A stretch of DNA of 63,452 nt, filler included, from Octopus bimaculoides (Eukaryota): the NCBI RefSeq assembly GCF_001194135.2. It is 6 parts of 6 records of this genome, joined end to end, with 100 filler letters (N's around TTAATTAATTAA, not from the genome) between each part and the next. Parts side by side here need not be neighbours in the genome. Positions count along the whole stretch, not along the records: positions 10,625 to 33,239 come from NC_068984.1; positions 33,340 to 38,028 come from NC_068988.1; 4 more parts are not named here. One strand, given 5' to 3'. The position numbers were made by a program, and so were the translations under genes. The notes beneath the pieces were generated by a model, which saw only the letters and a program-made list of their open reading frames with translations, was not told the DNA's origin and did no database searches. Positions 24,972-38,128 of the stretch are shown in pieces (the stretch's first letter is position 1; every line of letters starts with the position of its first letter).

Positions 24972-27799
24972 AATATTTACTCTGCTCTGAAAAGAAAATG
25001 TGGAGATCAACAAAGAACAAAATTTATTTCGTTTATATCTGTAAACTCTGAGTCTCTAATCAGAGATGCTATTTATATTACAGGAACAGATGTCGGTTCA
25101 GCTTTCCACTCTTTGAAGGGGCCAAGTTATTTTGAGTAGAGAGATAAGTCATAGAGTCCTGTACTACTTGACTGCTACTTTATTTTATCGACTCCGAATC
25201 AATAAGTTAAAATATGGTCGGTGAGCTTCGAACGCAGAACGCAAAGAAGTTCACGGGGTCTTTATTTCCTAATGTTTTAACGATTCTGTCAGCTGATCAT
25301 CTTGAATGGACCATAAAATGCTGTATGATTTTGCAAAGACGTCTCAACGTGGTCATTCCACCGGGTAGAAACAGTAGAAAATTTCCCCTCAAATCACACG
25401 TTAAAAAAGAGGTTGGATTTTATAACCCCTAGATACAATTTGATTGAAAGGAAACGGTGTTCATGGATGGACTGCTGTAGATCAAAGATTTATCCAAAAA
25501 GAGATCATTTAAGAACTAAGTAACAGCAAAATTGAGATTATGCACATCTATAAGCAAATTGAACCCTATCGCAATCGATATTTAACACCGAACATAGATC
25601 ATTGACTAGCTTTTACATAAACATCAGAAACAGTGAGATGATACTCATCGATAGGCAGCTGAACTCTGTCATTATCGATATTTAGTACTGATTGTAGCTC
25701 ATTGGCTAGCTTTTACATAAGCAGACAACTAAACAAAAAGCGAAAAATACGTTTGATTCTGTACAAACCAGTGATGATAACGAAAGAAGAAAGAACCATG
25801 AAAGGCGACAATAGAGGAAGAAGTAGTGATTGAAGATGATAGGGAATGCGAAACTTTCCATTAAAAGACGATGATGAACTTAGACAAAAAGAAGAAAAGG
25901 CTGGATCGATCCAGAAAAAAAAATGGGTTCTCAAGGACGACTGAAATATTATAGAATGTCTGAACAAATACACACAGGTTAAAGATAGAATATACAAGAG
26001 AGAAGAAAAAAGCTTGCAGATAAAGATAGCTTAATTATACCTAGGAAGACATCATGCGAATCGAATCTGGTTAAACAGCAACACAGTTTGATTGAACATC
26101 AAAATAATGATTTCGATCTGTTCAACTACCACGACAGTAAGACAAATATATGGAATTTTTTTAGTCTGAAGAGGCAGGCAACAGGTTTATCGTAGCAACT
26201 GTAATATTCCTGAAAATGTTTTATATATGATTCACTGAAATGATTCCTATGGCTGCAAGAAATTGGGAAATTACATTCTTTTATCGTCTATTTGTTTCAT
26301 CCATCAGACAGCGGCTATGCTGAAGCACCGTCATTAGCGGTTGTAGTCGAATAGATTGCTCCAGTACTTATTTTTCTTAAGTCTGGTACTTAATCTCTAA
26401 ATATCACTTTTGCCGATATGCTAAATTAAGAGACGAGAGCAAGCCAACACCGGTGACCAAACGGTGGGGAACGGACACAAAAAATGATGACATACACCAC
26501 CACCACCACAACCACATCAACCCCACATCCGCACACACAGATACATGCACACACACACACACACATACACACACAGATGCACGCGCACACACACATGCAC
26601 ACACACACACTCACACACAGCTACACACGCGTGCTAGACTGGTGGCAGGTAATGAGTACAACAACGCTTTACAAACACAATGAGAGAATCATAGAGAGGA
26701 GGAGGAAACGAAGGATGAGGAGGAGGATAGGGTGTAAATGACTGTAATTATAGGTACAGTTATACAAATAAGAAATTCGATTTTAAAATTTCATGGAAGT
26801 TGAAATTATGAATGTATGCCATATTTCCTGGTGGCAAAAGTATATTTCCAAAGTCACTCATCATGGGACGAATAACAGTGCAGTTTCCTTAATAATGCAT
26901 ATGATTTTTTTTTGTTTTCTTTTCAAACGATTGTCATCAATACACTTTGGAAAGTATGAATTTCGATTAGGCTAATGAAATTGTGAAAAAGAAAGCTCGT
27001 GAATTTTGTTATCTTTCTCTTATCCAGAAAAATAAACGAAATCTAAATCTATTGTGTCTGGGGAGAGTCATTTTCTTACTGTGCCTTAAAATTTAACACA
27101 CTCACCGGTAAAATTTCCACTTATTTTTCTTTTTATTTTCCTAAAATTTTCGTTGCGTCTTGCAACCTTATCAATAGTCTTGACTGTCCGTTATTTACGC
27201 TGCGTTCTTTTTTGCTTACACACGAAATCATATAAGAAATCTTTCAAACCAAATCCAAAAACGAAATCAAAATCGTTTTTAACTATTTAGTAACGTGCTC
27301 ATAATCGTTGCTTTTTTTTTTTTTTTGGCACTTCAATTTAATCAGAAAACCAGAATGGTTTATAGATATTTGGCAACCAAGCAAGCAGACTAATTGTGCT
27401 AGTAAAACTGCAATATAAGTCGAAGTTATAAAATCGGTATAGTCTCTGTTTCTTTTTCTCTTGCTTCTCTTATTTTATTTCTCTTAGATAAAGTCTATAA
27501 CCCAAAAGGGCAGATTTTCTATTCCTTTCATGTAACATTTATTTACATTGTATAGATTCTTTGATTGTTATTGCTTCGCTAAATATTTCTATGCATTTTC
27601 CACTATCTTTTCTCATCTGTTTACTTCACAAGTTTATTTGTTTGTTTCCTTCACGCGTTATAATCTTCCTCTTTTTATTCGTGTGCTTTGTAGCTTTTTG
27701 ATTTGTATGTTTGTCTATCTTTGCATCTGTATGTACGTACGTATGTATGCATGTATGTATGTGTCTTTATATGAGAATGTTTCTGTGTTTGTTTTGTGC

Positions 27800-28000
27800 T
27801 TGTACCCAACCACCGATTAACCGATTGACAACCGGTATTAATTCGTTTACGTCCCCGTAACTTAGCTTTTCGGCCAGAGACCCATACAATAAGTACCAGG
27901 CTAAAGAAAACAATTTTTACTGCGGTCGATTTATTCGCCTAAAACACAACAAGGCGGTGCTGCAGTATGGCCAAAGTCTAGTGACTAAAAGAAGTAAAGA
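27800..28000 (+). mobile_element. SINE family A, 3' half
   Basis: TTGACAACCGGT...TTTACGTCCCCGTAACTTAG...AATAAGTACCAGGCT...GGCGGTGCT.CAG.ATGGCC matches 57200-57380. Confidence 0.8.
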
Positions 28001-29062
28001 TAAACATTGTTCCGTTGATTGAGCGACAGAGTACTCATCGTTGAAAACCGACAGAAGTTTCATAGCATAACGTCACAATTTCCTACTAAACATCTATGCC
28101 GTTATTTTAGCAATAACCGCACACCGAATGGCTGACTATATTTTGTCCTTTTAAAAGTTAACGCTAACAGACGTCCAACTAACAAGGAATGTAAGTCACA
28201 TAATAAGTACCGGGATCATTTCAGCCACACTTCAATTGGTCGACATTGGATGATTTCTATGGCAATTAAGGCTATGATTTTTATGCGCAATTGTAAAAAT
28301 CATACGGAGTCATTGCACAGAGAATTTCGACAAATACACATACACACACACATACATACATACATACATACATACATACATACATACATACATACATACA
28401 TGCATACATGCATGCATGCATGCATACATACATTCATACATATGTACGTATGGACATACGTACTTATATACATAGATACGTATATATGTATGTATGTATG
28501 TGTGTATGCATGTATGTATGTATATAGTGTTTTCCTATTATTCTGTTATGTGCAAAGCTTCTCGAAGAAATGTCAAATTCCTTCTAGAGTCATACAAGAC
28601 GTTAGTTTCTAAAATTTGACATTTTATATAAATGAATGCCACAACTGACGTTCGTTTCATCGATACGAAGTTGACTGTACTACTGTTCATATATTCAAGA
28701 GGATTCCTTATTCTGTTCTTGATATAAGTTCCAGATTTCTTAAAAGTATCAGAACTTACCATTTTCAATTAACGAAGCGTAAAACGAAGTGGAAAATGAA
28801 AATGCACGAAATGGAAAATAAAAGTGCAGAGTTTATGAACGGCTGAAGTTGAAGCACAAAAATCAAATTTATTTTGTCTCATAAATGTAGCTTTGTTTCG
28901 CACACTCTCAAGCACATAAAAACGCGTGCACATGCACACTCATACACACACATACACTTGAATATTCAGATGTACATATATATGTATATTTACTATATTA
29001 TATACGAATATATATATATATATACGCATGTAATGCATAAGTAGTGCTTGTATATGTATATA

Positions 29063-29115
<53 letters not shown>

Positions 29116-29152
29116 GTATGTATATATATATATGTTGTTGGCNNNNNNNNNN

Positions 29153-29190
<38 letters not shown>

Positions 29191-29207
29191 GTATGTATAT
29201 ATATATA

Positions 29208-29583
29208 TGTTGTTGGCACTCCGTCGCTTACGACGTCGAGGTTTCCAGTTGATCCGATCAACGGAACAGCCTGCTCGTGAAATTAACGTGCAAGTGGCTG
29301 AGTACTCCACAGACACGTGTACCTTTAACGTAGTTCTCGGGGGATATTCAGCGTGACACAGTGTGACAAGGCTGACCCTTTGAATTACAGACACAAGAGA
29401 AACAGGAAGTAAGATAAGAGTGAGAGAAAGTTGTGGTGAAAGAGTACAGCAGGGTTCGCCACCATCGTGGAGTTTTAGGTGTTTTCGCTCAATAAACACT
29501 CACAACGCCCGGTCTGGGAATCGAAACCGCGATCCTATGACCAAGATTCCGCTGCCGTAACAACTGGGCCATTGCGTCTCCAC
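29208..29583 (-). mobile_element. SINE family C (tRNA-derived head, long body, (AAC)n tail) inserted in a (TA)n tract
   Basis: Reverse complement starts GTGGAGACGCAATGGCCCAGTTG...GGTTTCGATTCCC (A/B-box-like) and ends CGACGGAGTGCCAACAAC. Confidence 0.7.
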
Positions 29584-29591
29584 TATATATA

Positions 29592-30260
29592 GTTGACATC
29601 TCCGCTGAGTCAGTCGCTCGCGCTATGATATCAGGCTGGATATCACGTTTTGGTGTTCCCTCAAGGATCACCATTGATCAGGGCCGACAGTTTGAATAAT
29701 TGCTCTTTCGGGAACTTTCCTATCTCCTGAGCGTGCAACATTTGCACACGACAAGCTACCACCCCGCGTCTAACGAGATGTTAGAGCATTTTCACCGTCA
29801 ATTGAAGGCAGCTCTTTGTGCATCACCAGATCCACCAAGATGGATCGAGTACCTTCCAATTCTCCTTTTAGGTTGTCGGTCCTCCGTGAAAGCAGTCTTG
29901 GGTTTTTCTGCTGCTGAACTACTTTATCGGTTACCGTTATCATCGCCTGACCAGATTTTGGCGCCAACGAATAATTCTACAAAGGATTTTTCTTTATACG
30001 TCGACCGATTGCGATCATACTTCTGTCATCTGCCACCTTTGAACACTCGGTCACAATCCGTGAAGTCTGCAGTTCCTAAGGACATTTCTACGTGGACCCA
30101 TGCATTCATCTGCACCGACGCTGTGAGGCATCCTCTCATAGCTCCATACTCTGGACCTTGCTGGATTGTTAATCGCACAGACAAAGTGTTCACAGTAGAC
30201 CTTAACGGAAAAAGTGATTATGTCTGTGGATAGACTCAAGAAGGTATATACTGACACTCA
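29592..30260 (+). mobile_element. Gypsy/Ty3 LTR-retrotransposon integrase remnant
   Basis: [20 protein letters not shown]...TTSYHPASNEMLEHFHRQLKAAL...LLLGCR...SAAELLY...PYSGP...SVDRLK: integrase core plus GPY/F motif, with a stop and a frameshift. Confidence 0.9.
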
Positions 30261-31419
30261 TACACTTGAGCCTCACCCTCGCATCCACCACATTTACAAT
30301 ACCTTCGCAAACAACTTCCATACCACCAGCATAGCTTTCGCAACCACCATCGCCAACGCCCAAAACCTCCAGACCTTACGTTACGTGCACAGATTGCACC
30401 ACACTTTGGCCAAGCAAACTTTCTAAATCTGTTTATATTTGTTCTTGTGGGTACAACAATTCATGTACAAATTGCAAATTTTAACTGTTTTGCTGAATTT
30501 TTATATTTTCTGTATTGTATAACATGTTCTTTACATTTAATTTTATAAATATTGTGTTTGCGTGCGTTGTTTGCGCTTTGCCAGCGTCTGTAATCACCTT
30601 TTCCCACACTTTTGGCTTTCTTAACTTACGTATCGACCTTTCTTACTACTTACATGTAGGCGCTGTGTGTGAACACCGGTGATGTCATTAATGTGATAAA
30701 GTTTATTTACTTTAAAACGGGGAATAACACTGAATTATCTCCTCTTGCACGTAGTTGGCAGCTAGGCGACGCTGAACGGCATAACTATAAATGACAGTCG
30801 TCTCCATATTCAAACAATCGCGTTTTTTGCTCTATACGGATATACACGTCGACCCACGCAGAACATTTCTCTTTTGGCTGATCTACGTTTGCAAGTCCAG
30901 GATGGTAGCTGAAATTGGTTAAACTAATTTCCTTGGGACTTAAAACTCTCTTTTGTTCTCACATTACGCACCGATAGCAGACAATACAAGCGGTCGTTAG
31001 ATAAGTACTTTCCTTTGACTTATTCTTGTGTCAAATTGTGATGTCGACCTGAAGTCTGGCAACACGTGCCCAAGAAATTCTTAAGTGAATTGCAACCAGC
31101 GTTCATATGTCCTTAGTATGAATACGTTTCTTTGAATCGAGTTTCCACTTGTATAAATACGTTGGAATTGAACTTCAATTTGTATGTGTACATTTTCACT
31201 GTGTTACAATAAATCTTTTGTTGAAGACATTATGAACTCTCTGTGTCGTCGTAGTTATTCGTTGCTAACGAATTAACCATACAAAATATTTTAGTCGTCC
31301 CTTTAAAAGAAACGCTAAAATCTCTTAACATGTAACTAATGGGAGCCTGGATAACCCACGAACGAAGAATGTTTATCCACCGATGCAGCGTTGAGTAATT
31401 ATTCTTACTGTTCGATATT

Positions 31420-31554
31420 AACGTAGAGAGAGAAAGAAAGAGAGAGACACAGAGAGAATGAGAGTGAGAGAGAGAATGAGAGAGATTGTGAGAAAGGGAG
31501 AAAGTTACAGAGAAAGAATGAGAGATAGAGAGAAAGAGAGATAGAGAGATAGAG

Positions 31555-31596
<42 letters not shown>

Positions 31597-31752
31597 GGAG
31601 AGAGAGAGAGAGACAGACAGAAAGAGAGATAGATGGAGAGAGACAGACAGACAGATAGATAGATGGAGAGAGACACAGAGAGAGAATGAGAGTGAGAGAG
31701 GGAAAGAGAGATATAGAGAGAAAGAGAGAGAGAGAAAGAGAGAGAGAGAAAG

Positions 31753-31813
<61 letters not shown>

Positions 31814-32170
31814 CAGGGGGAGGGAAGGAAGGAGAGAGAATGAGAGAGCGAGAATGAGAGTGAGTGAGAGTTGGAGAATGAGAGTTGGAGAATGAGAGTG
31901 AGAGAGAGAGAAAGAGAAATAGATTCATAGAGAAAGAGAGATAGATAGAGAGATAGATTGTGAAAAAGTGATAGATAGATAAATAGAGAGAGAGAGATAG
32001 TTAGAGAGAAAGATATAGATACATAGATAGACAGGTAGATAGTTTCCGCGTTGTAACTAACACAGATAGAAAACCGAGAGTAAGAGAGAGAGAGAGAGAG
32101 AGAATAAGAGAGGTAGAGACGGAAATAGAGAATAAGACAGAGATATACAGAGAGTAAAGGATAGAGAAAA
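31420..32170. repeat. Long degenerate (GA)n/(GATA)n purine-rich array with internal block duplication
   Basis: GAGACACAGAGAGAATGAGAGTGAGAGAG occurs near 31443 and again near 31672. Confidence 0.9.
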
Positions 32171-32736
32171 AGAAGGACAGTTGGATTTAAGCTTACTGGA
32201 CTGAACATTTCATATATCTGCTTATCCAGGAACAATAAATTATGGCTTGATTCCTGATAACTCGATCAATCTATCTAATGAAACACAACCTTCATTTAGT
32301 GCGTCAGTCAGCAGTCATTGAACTAGGTGGAAGCTGCGTTATTTATTGCTCAAATCTGATTTTATGTTGCCATAACTTGTCTATATGTCTTGATTAGCGA
32401 TCAAAACAAAGGGTTTGTTTTAAGGTTCAAAAACTTTTATTCTTGGGATAGAATCGAAGTTCAAATCTACGAGTCTTTAATGAAATAAACGTGATGGAAA
32501 TTTTAGGGTAAGCGACATGGTAAGAAGGAAAATTATATAACGTCTGCCTTGATAAATATATGTATGTGTGTGTGTCTGTGTGTCTGTGTATGTATATACA
32601 TATATATACTTTATTTAAAAGCAGCAGAAATATAACAAACGACTGTTACTCTGAGTTTCACGTTCCCGTTCATCGGACAGTTTTGTTGCACATTTCATAT
32701 GCTTACTCCGGTATACATATATATATATATATTTGT

Positions 32737-32920
32737 TTCATTTATTTCACTGCTGCCATTCTGGAGCACCGCCTTTAGTCGAACGGTTCGACCTCAGGAC
32801 TTATTCTTTGTAAGCCTAGTACTTATCCAATCGGTGACTTATGCCGAACTGCTAGATACAGGCAAGTAACCATACGAACATCGGTTGCCAGGCGATGGTG
32901 TGAGGGACAAAAACAGACAC
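32737..32920 (-). mobile_element. SINE family A, 3' half
   Basis: CTGGAGCACCGCCTTTAGTCGA...GGACTTATTCTTTGTAAGCCTAGTACTTA is the reverse complement of the family A tail. Confidence 0.85.
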
Positions 32921-33202
32921 ATTGTCCTATTTTTATTCCAAACTTTAACACTCCATAAATCCAAAATTTTATTTTAGTATTTATGGAAGCAACTGTCTTC
33001 TCAGACTCATATTGTCATTCAATGCTCGAAATAAGGTGTAGATAGACAGCCGACACCTGCTGTAGGGTCGTTCTTTGTGTTAATTGTCCTGTTTTCCTTT
33101 TTTTTTCTCTTGTTCTTTGCGTATTTAACACATTTGTTTTCTTATTTCATGTTATTTGCTATTGGTGACGTCCTGTACCAATATATGCATATACATTACC
33201 TA

Positions 33203-33239
<37 letters not shown>

Positions 33240-33339
33240 NNNNNNNNNNNNNNNNNNNNNNNNNNNNNNNNNNNNNNNNNNNNTTAATTAATTAANNNNN
33301 NNNNNNNNNNNNNNNNNNNNNNNNNNNNNNNNNNNNNNN
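33240..33339. other. Artificial linker 44N-TTAATTAATTAA-44N
   Basis: 12-mer at 33284-33295. Confidence 0.95.
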
Positions 33340-33616
33340 GTCGGAGTGTACGTTCCAAAAGAGATGGAAGCATGTTGCACGAGTGTTGTGCGTGCAAGGA
33401 ACCGTGTGAATAGTCAGGAAAAAAAAGGAAAAAAAAAAAGGTGCCAGCGATAGATCGGGGCTTGTGGGGTCGGAGCGTGGCCTGATCATCGCTTCATTTG
33501 TGTTGTCTAACGTATTGTTAATATCATTCGATTTTTTATATTTTATAAAATTTTTCAAGTCAAATTTTATGTAAACCATTCGCATTACTGATCCCAATCA
33601 GTTGTTTTGTACCATT

Positions 33617-33795
33617 CTATGTTTAGCCCCCTGTGGGTAATAAAGAAATTGGTATTTCACTCGTCGCTACGTTCTGAGTTCAAATTCCGCCGGGGTCGAC
33701 TGTGCCTTTCATCCTTACGTACTGAGATCGAGGTAATCAACTGGTCTCCTCCTCCAAAATTTCAGGCCTTGTGCCTATAGTAGAAAGGCTTATTA
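33617..33795 (+). mobile_element. SINE family B tandem fragment with internal deletion
   Basis: CGTTCTGAGTTCAAATTCCGCCGGGGTCGAC...CAAAATTTCAGGCCTTGTGCC..TAGTAGAAAGG. Confidence 0.75.
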
Positions 33796-34309
33796 ATTCT
33801 TCGGTCGAAAGCATGCTTGTTTGTAGAAGTGACAAATAAGCCAGTGCACAGTTCTCTCCCTTTATACTTAATTGTTATTTTACCATACTATATTCTGAAG
33901 GAATGCAAGACACGCGTCTGTGTGTTGTGGGATTAATAACGAATACAATGTCTATATTTTTCTCTGTCCTATATATTGTAATACTTATCCTTTAATCCAC
34001 ACTTCAAAATGTACCTATTTTTCTTATGCTTGCATTCCTTCCTTGTTCAGAAAATGCCATAAGGCAGACTTTACGTCCGTCAACAAAGCACTAACCTACC
34101 AACAAGCAAGCCTTTATGTTGTAGTTTGATCAACTAGAAATAGCAGCCAAATTACATTCTACCGTCTTGAATTAAGATAAATACAAAAGAAAAGATGGAT
34201 TGTTGGCTGAAGTGTATATAATCACAGATCTGCTTCAACAGGGCTAAGTATAAAGGAGTAATAACTGTAACAGTGACAAGGAAAACAAAACAATGATATA
34301 CGTCCAACA

Positions 34310-34399
<90 letters not shown>

Positions 34400-34556
34400 T
34401 ATATACACTCGTTCATATCCACAGTGAAATTGCAGTGCCACTTTAGCATGCAGTCTACCTGGCCATTCACAAGCACAGACTGTGGATACTGCAATAGACT
34501 GCATGTTGAAGTTGCACCAAAATTTCTTCAATAACTAAGGCTAGCTGTGTCCATGC

Positions 34557-34790
34557 AGAGGTGTGTAGCCAAGTAGCTAAGATGCTTGGTTCACAATCAT
34601 AAGGCAGTGGGTTCATTACCCAGATTGAACAGTGTGTGTTGTCCTTGAGCAAGGCACTTCACTTCACATTGTCCTTAGTCTGTAAATGAGTACCAGCTGA
34701 CAACTGATGCATCTCTCTCTCTCTCTCTCTCTCTCTCACCAGCTGTCACATCTTGGATATGCCATGGGGTCAAAATTGAGGGAACCAAGT
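34557..34790 (+). mobile_element. SINE family D copy (CORE-like GTCCTTGAGCAAGGCACTT), CpG-decayed
   Basis: tRNA-like head, CORE-like box, (CT)n, and a tail similar to 24550-24590. Confidence 0.55.
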
Positions 34791-35058
34791 GGGAGACTAC
34801 GTCTGTTTTCACTGACAAATGCTAGCTAGCTGTAGTATTTTGAAAACTATAACAATATTGGAAGTTTCTTATCTACAAGCCACCACTGGTGTTAGCTTTA
34901 ATTTCTATAGAAAATCTGTGGAGATGACCTTAACAAATGCTCTATATCTATATATTTACAGACTTAAGTTTTCTTAACCAACGTAGCAGGTCTGATAAGA
35001 TGAAGTTATTTTCTAGTTAAAAATGAATATACAACCAAAACAAAGATATAATTCATAA

Positions 35059-35064
35059 TTTATT
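35059..35064 (-). terminator. Candidate AATAAA polyadenylation signal for the minus-strand CDS
   Basis: Canonical hexamer (TTTATT on +) about 750 nt 3' of the stop; chance occurrence is plausible in AT-rich DNA. Confidence 0.3.
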
Positions 35065-35817
35065 TTTTATTTTATAATTTAAAGAATTTTCTCTTTGGTT
35101 TGCTTTGTATTCTTCTTCTTCATTTAACTCCAATTTCAAATGTTTGCACTTTTTAGATATTTCCATGAATTCTTGTCCAATCAGTAAAACAGTTGATGCA
35201 TCTAATGGTAATAATCAGTGAAATGTAAAAAAAAAAAGTTAAAATTACTATTTTTCAGCCTAAGTTAATCAAGTTAGACTTAGTTCATGAATAGTAAATA
35301 AATTCACCAAAAGTATACAGTTTGAGCAGGGATACTATTGTCTCCAGTGTTCATATTATTACTACCTTCTACATAAGCTTGGGGTCCAGACTTCTGATTT
35401 ATGATTGTGAATTAATTAAAAGACTGTTTGCTGAAGGCAAATAATTGCATACTAGAATAGTAATTGTGGCAACGACTCTGTTATCCCATTAAGCAATATA
35501 CATTTCTCAATGTGCATCCATTTGCTGAGAGGCAACCATTGTATTTCACAATTGATTACTTATTGAAAAGAGACAAATATGAAACTGTAAGGTCACTTGT
35601 TCCAACAATTCATTTGCAGATATATAAAACTGAAGAATGATCCCCACCCAGCCATCATATATGGAGAAAGATATGGGAAAATAAATTTTTTAAAAAAATT
35701 GAAACAAATCAAACATTCAAATTTATGATCATAAGTCTTTGGTTAGTCCAAACTTTTATGAACAATCACTTGAGTAATATGATTAAGACATTTGTGCCCA
35801 GTTTTCTTTTTGCTAAT

Positions 35818-36750
35818 TCAAGATTCACACAGCTTCAACCTATCTGCTAGATCTTCTAGAGTTTTCATAGCTTGGCTGTAATTTTGAGATGCTCTTTCCA
35901 AAGATTCTATGATTTTATTTCGATCTTTATCATTATGCCAAAGATGGGAAGAGCTAGCCTTATGTTTTGAAGAATAAGCATTTAGTGTTACTGGGTGAAT
36001 TCCATGTGCAAGTTTTCTTGTTCTAACTGAATCTAAAATGACACTATTCAAAGAATGTTCTGGATTACTGAATGAAAATTCTTCTTGACCCCTAGTATTC
36101 AGGTTAACTGGTGACTGATGGTTTAACCTGGAATTTTGAGAGCATATCTTGTGAACAGGTGCTATAAAAATTCCATCAGAGTTTTTCCGTGAATCTTGCT
36201 TCAAGTAATATTTTATGAGAGAATCCAATTCTTGTGTTTTTGAATTTGATTTCTCTGAAGCTTCTGAGAGATCATTATCAATATAATTAAATATGGAGTT
36301 TGATTTTGTTTCAGGAAGCTTCTCATTTGATGAAGATTCTGAATCAGGAGTGCTCTTGGCAAGGGGTTCCTGTTTTGGATCCTGTCTCTCTTCTATAACT
36401 TCATCAGATTTGTCAAACTTTTTGTCTTGTGATAGATTACTTTCTTGCTCAGGTTTATCAAAGGATGAGCTTGGATTAAGTTCAGTGTCCTCATTAGAAG
36501 GTGATTGTACTGCTAAGGGGACCTCTTCTAATAAAGTTGTCTCTTCTGGTGATTGCTCATTTTTTGATATTTCATTTTCTTCTGATGCCTTTGGTTCCAA
36601 CTGGGATGTCTCAGGCATGGTTTCTTCTTTTCCTTCAGGTTTGTCTTCATCATGACTAGATTCTGTAACTGCATTCTGCTCTACACCAACATCTGCATTT
36701 TCACCCTCTTTATCTGTCTTCATTCCTTCCAAATCTGGTGTGTTCTCCAT
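35818..36750 (-). CDS. Uncharacterised 310-aa acidic (E/S/K/D-rich) protein with a predicted C-terminal helix; probably the whole CDS in one exon
   Basis: 933-nt non-repetitive open frame in AT-rich DNA. ATG at 36750 in good context (GCAATGG). Upstream acceptor TTCCACTCCTCTGTCAG at 36802-36803, after which all 3 frames hit stops before this ATG. Ends IIESLERASQNYSQAMKTLEDLADRLKLCES*. Confidence 0.8.
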   Translation of the reverse strand: MENTPDLEGMKTDKEGENADVGVEQNAVTESSHDEDKPEGKEETMPETSQLEPKASEENEISKNEQSPEETTLLEEVPLAVQSPSNEDTELNPSSSFDKPEQESNLSQDKKFDKSDEVIEERQDPKQEPLAKSTPDSESSSNEKLPETKSNSIFNYIDNDLSEASEKSNSKTQELDSLIKYYLKQDSRKNSDGIFIAPVHKICSQNSRLNHQSPVNLNTRGQEEFSFSNPEHSLNSVILDSVRTRKLAHGIHPVTLNAYSSKHKASSSHLWHNDKDRNKIIESLERASQNYSQAMKTLEDLADRLKLCES

Positions 36751-37094
36751 TGCTTCAATTGTTATTTCAGCCGATTTCAAATATTATATTTGCATCTAAT
36801 ACTGACAGAGGAGTGGAATATTTTAAGTATCTGTGTTTTTGCTTTTTCCTTTTTCTTTAAATCTATAATTGAAAATAAAAGAAAAACGCAAGACAAATTA
36901 GAAAATTTGTGGGCACTGAAAAAAATTTTTATAAAAAAAACTATCAAAGGTCATATAAAAATTTTATAATCAAAGGAATTGTAGCAGAACAAATCATCAA
37001 TATTTATTTAAGCAACTAAAGACACTTTTAAATGCTTTTCTCTAAAATACTTTGTTCAAATTTTTTGCATATGAATGAAGATAGTTGCAACAAG

Positions 37095-37588
37095 AGGTAC
37101 CAATCTCTAATTGTAGAGGGAACATGTGGAAGAGGTAGATCCAGTAGGATACGGGACGAAGTGGTGAGAAAGGATCTACAGATGTTGGGACTTACAGAGG
37201 GGATGACAGGAGTTCAAGACTTCTGGCAATTGGCTATGCTTGAGAAAACACATCAAGCTCAGTAAAAGTATGGTTGTCCTTGCATACAGTCTTGTTTCTT
37301 GCATCCCTCTACAGCTGAGCATTCCTATCTTGCAGGCTTGTGGATGATGATGCCATGTAAAAAGCACTTATACCAGTGCCACGTAAATGCACCAGTGCCA
37401 GTGCTGTGTGAAAGCATCCAGTACACTCTGTAAAGTGGTTGCTACTAGGAAGGGCATCCAGCCTTAGGGACCACGCCAAAACAGACATGGAGCCTGGGCA
37501 GCTCTTCAGCTGGCCAGCTCCTGTCAAGCCATCCAACCCATACCAGCATGGAAAACAGATGTTAAATGATGATGATAACAACAATGAT

Positions 37589-37619
<31 letters not shown>

Positions 37620-37640
37620 ATGATGATGACGACGACGACG
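37095..37640 (+). mobile_element. RTE-clade LINE 3' end with 3' UTR and (GAT)n tail
   Basis: SLIVEGTCGRGRSSRIRDEVVRKDLQMLGLTEGMT...W..A.LEKT, then GGAAGGGCATCCAGCC and CCAACCCATACCAGCATGGAAAACAGATGTTAAATGATGAT. Confidence 0.8.
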
Positions 37641-37971
37641 ACGATGACGATATATAAAGTTTGTTTTACATTTTAAACACAAACTATTTACACTGTAATA
37701 AAATTCCTGGTATTACTGTCAATAAAAGCTAACCAAAGATTGACAAAGTTGATCACTCATATCCTTCTTGCTTGTCACTCACAATAAGTTAAAAAAAGTC
37801 AAATCTTTATGTTTCAGTACGGAACTACATACTAATACTAGGAATAGTACAGTTTATTAAACATTTATTATTATACATTTTACTACATGAATATCTTATT
37901 ATATATATTTAACATATCATATATTCTAGACATATTATATATTCTGTATCATATACTCTATATATATATAT

Positions 37972-38028
<57 letters not shown>

Positions 38029-38128
38029 NNNNNNNNNNNNNNNNNNNNNNNNNNNNNNNNNNNNNNNNNNNNTTAATTAATTAANNNNNNNNNNNNNNNN
38101 NNNNNNNNNNNNNNNNNNNNNNNNNNNN
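38029..38128. other. Artificial linker 44N-TTAATTAATTAA-44N
   Basis: 12-mer at 38073-38084. Confidence 0.95.

Noticed and set aside
29060-29217. Apparent tandem duplication around a 10-N gap
   Set aside because: Identical microsatellite plus GTTGTTGGC on both sides indicates an unmerged contig overlap.
30714-31283. 3' LTR of the Gypsy remnant (purine tract, AATAAA, terminal ACA)
   Set aside because: No TG start after the purine tract and no second LTR in the window for comparison; left unannotated.
36293-36655. 120-aa Ser-rich plus-strand ORF
   Set aside because: Antisense shadow of the E/K-rich minus-strand CDS.
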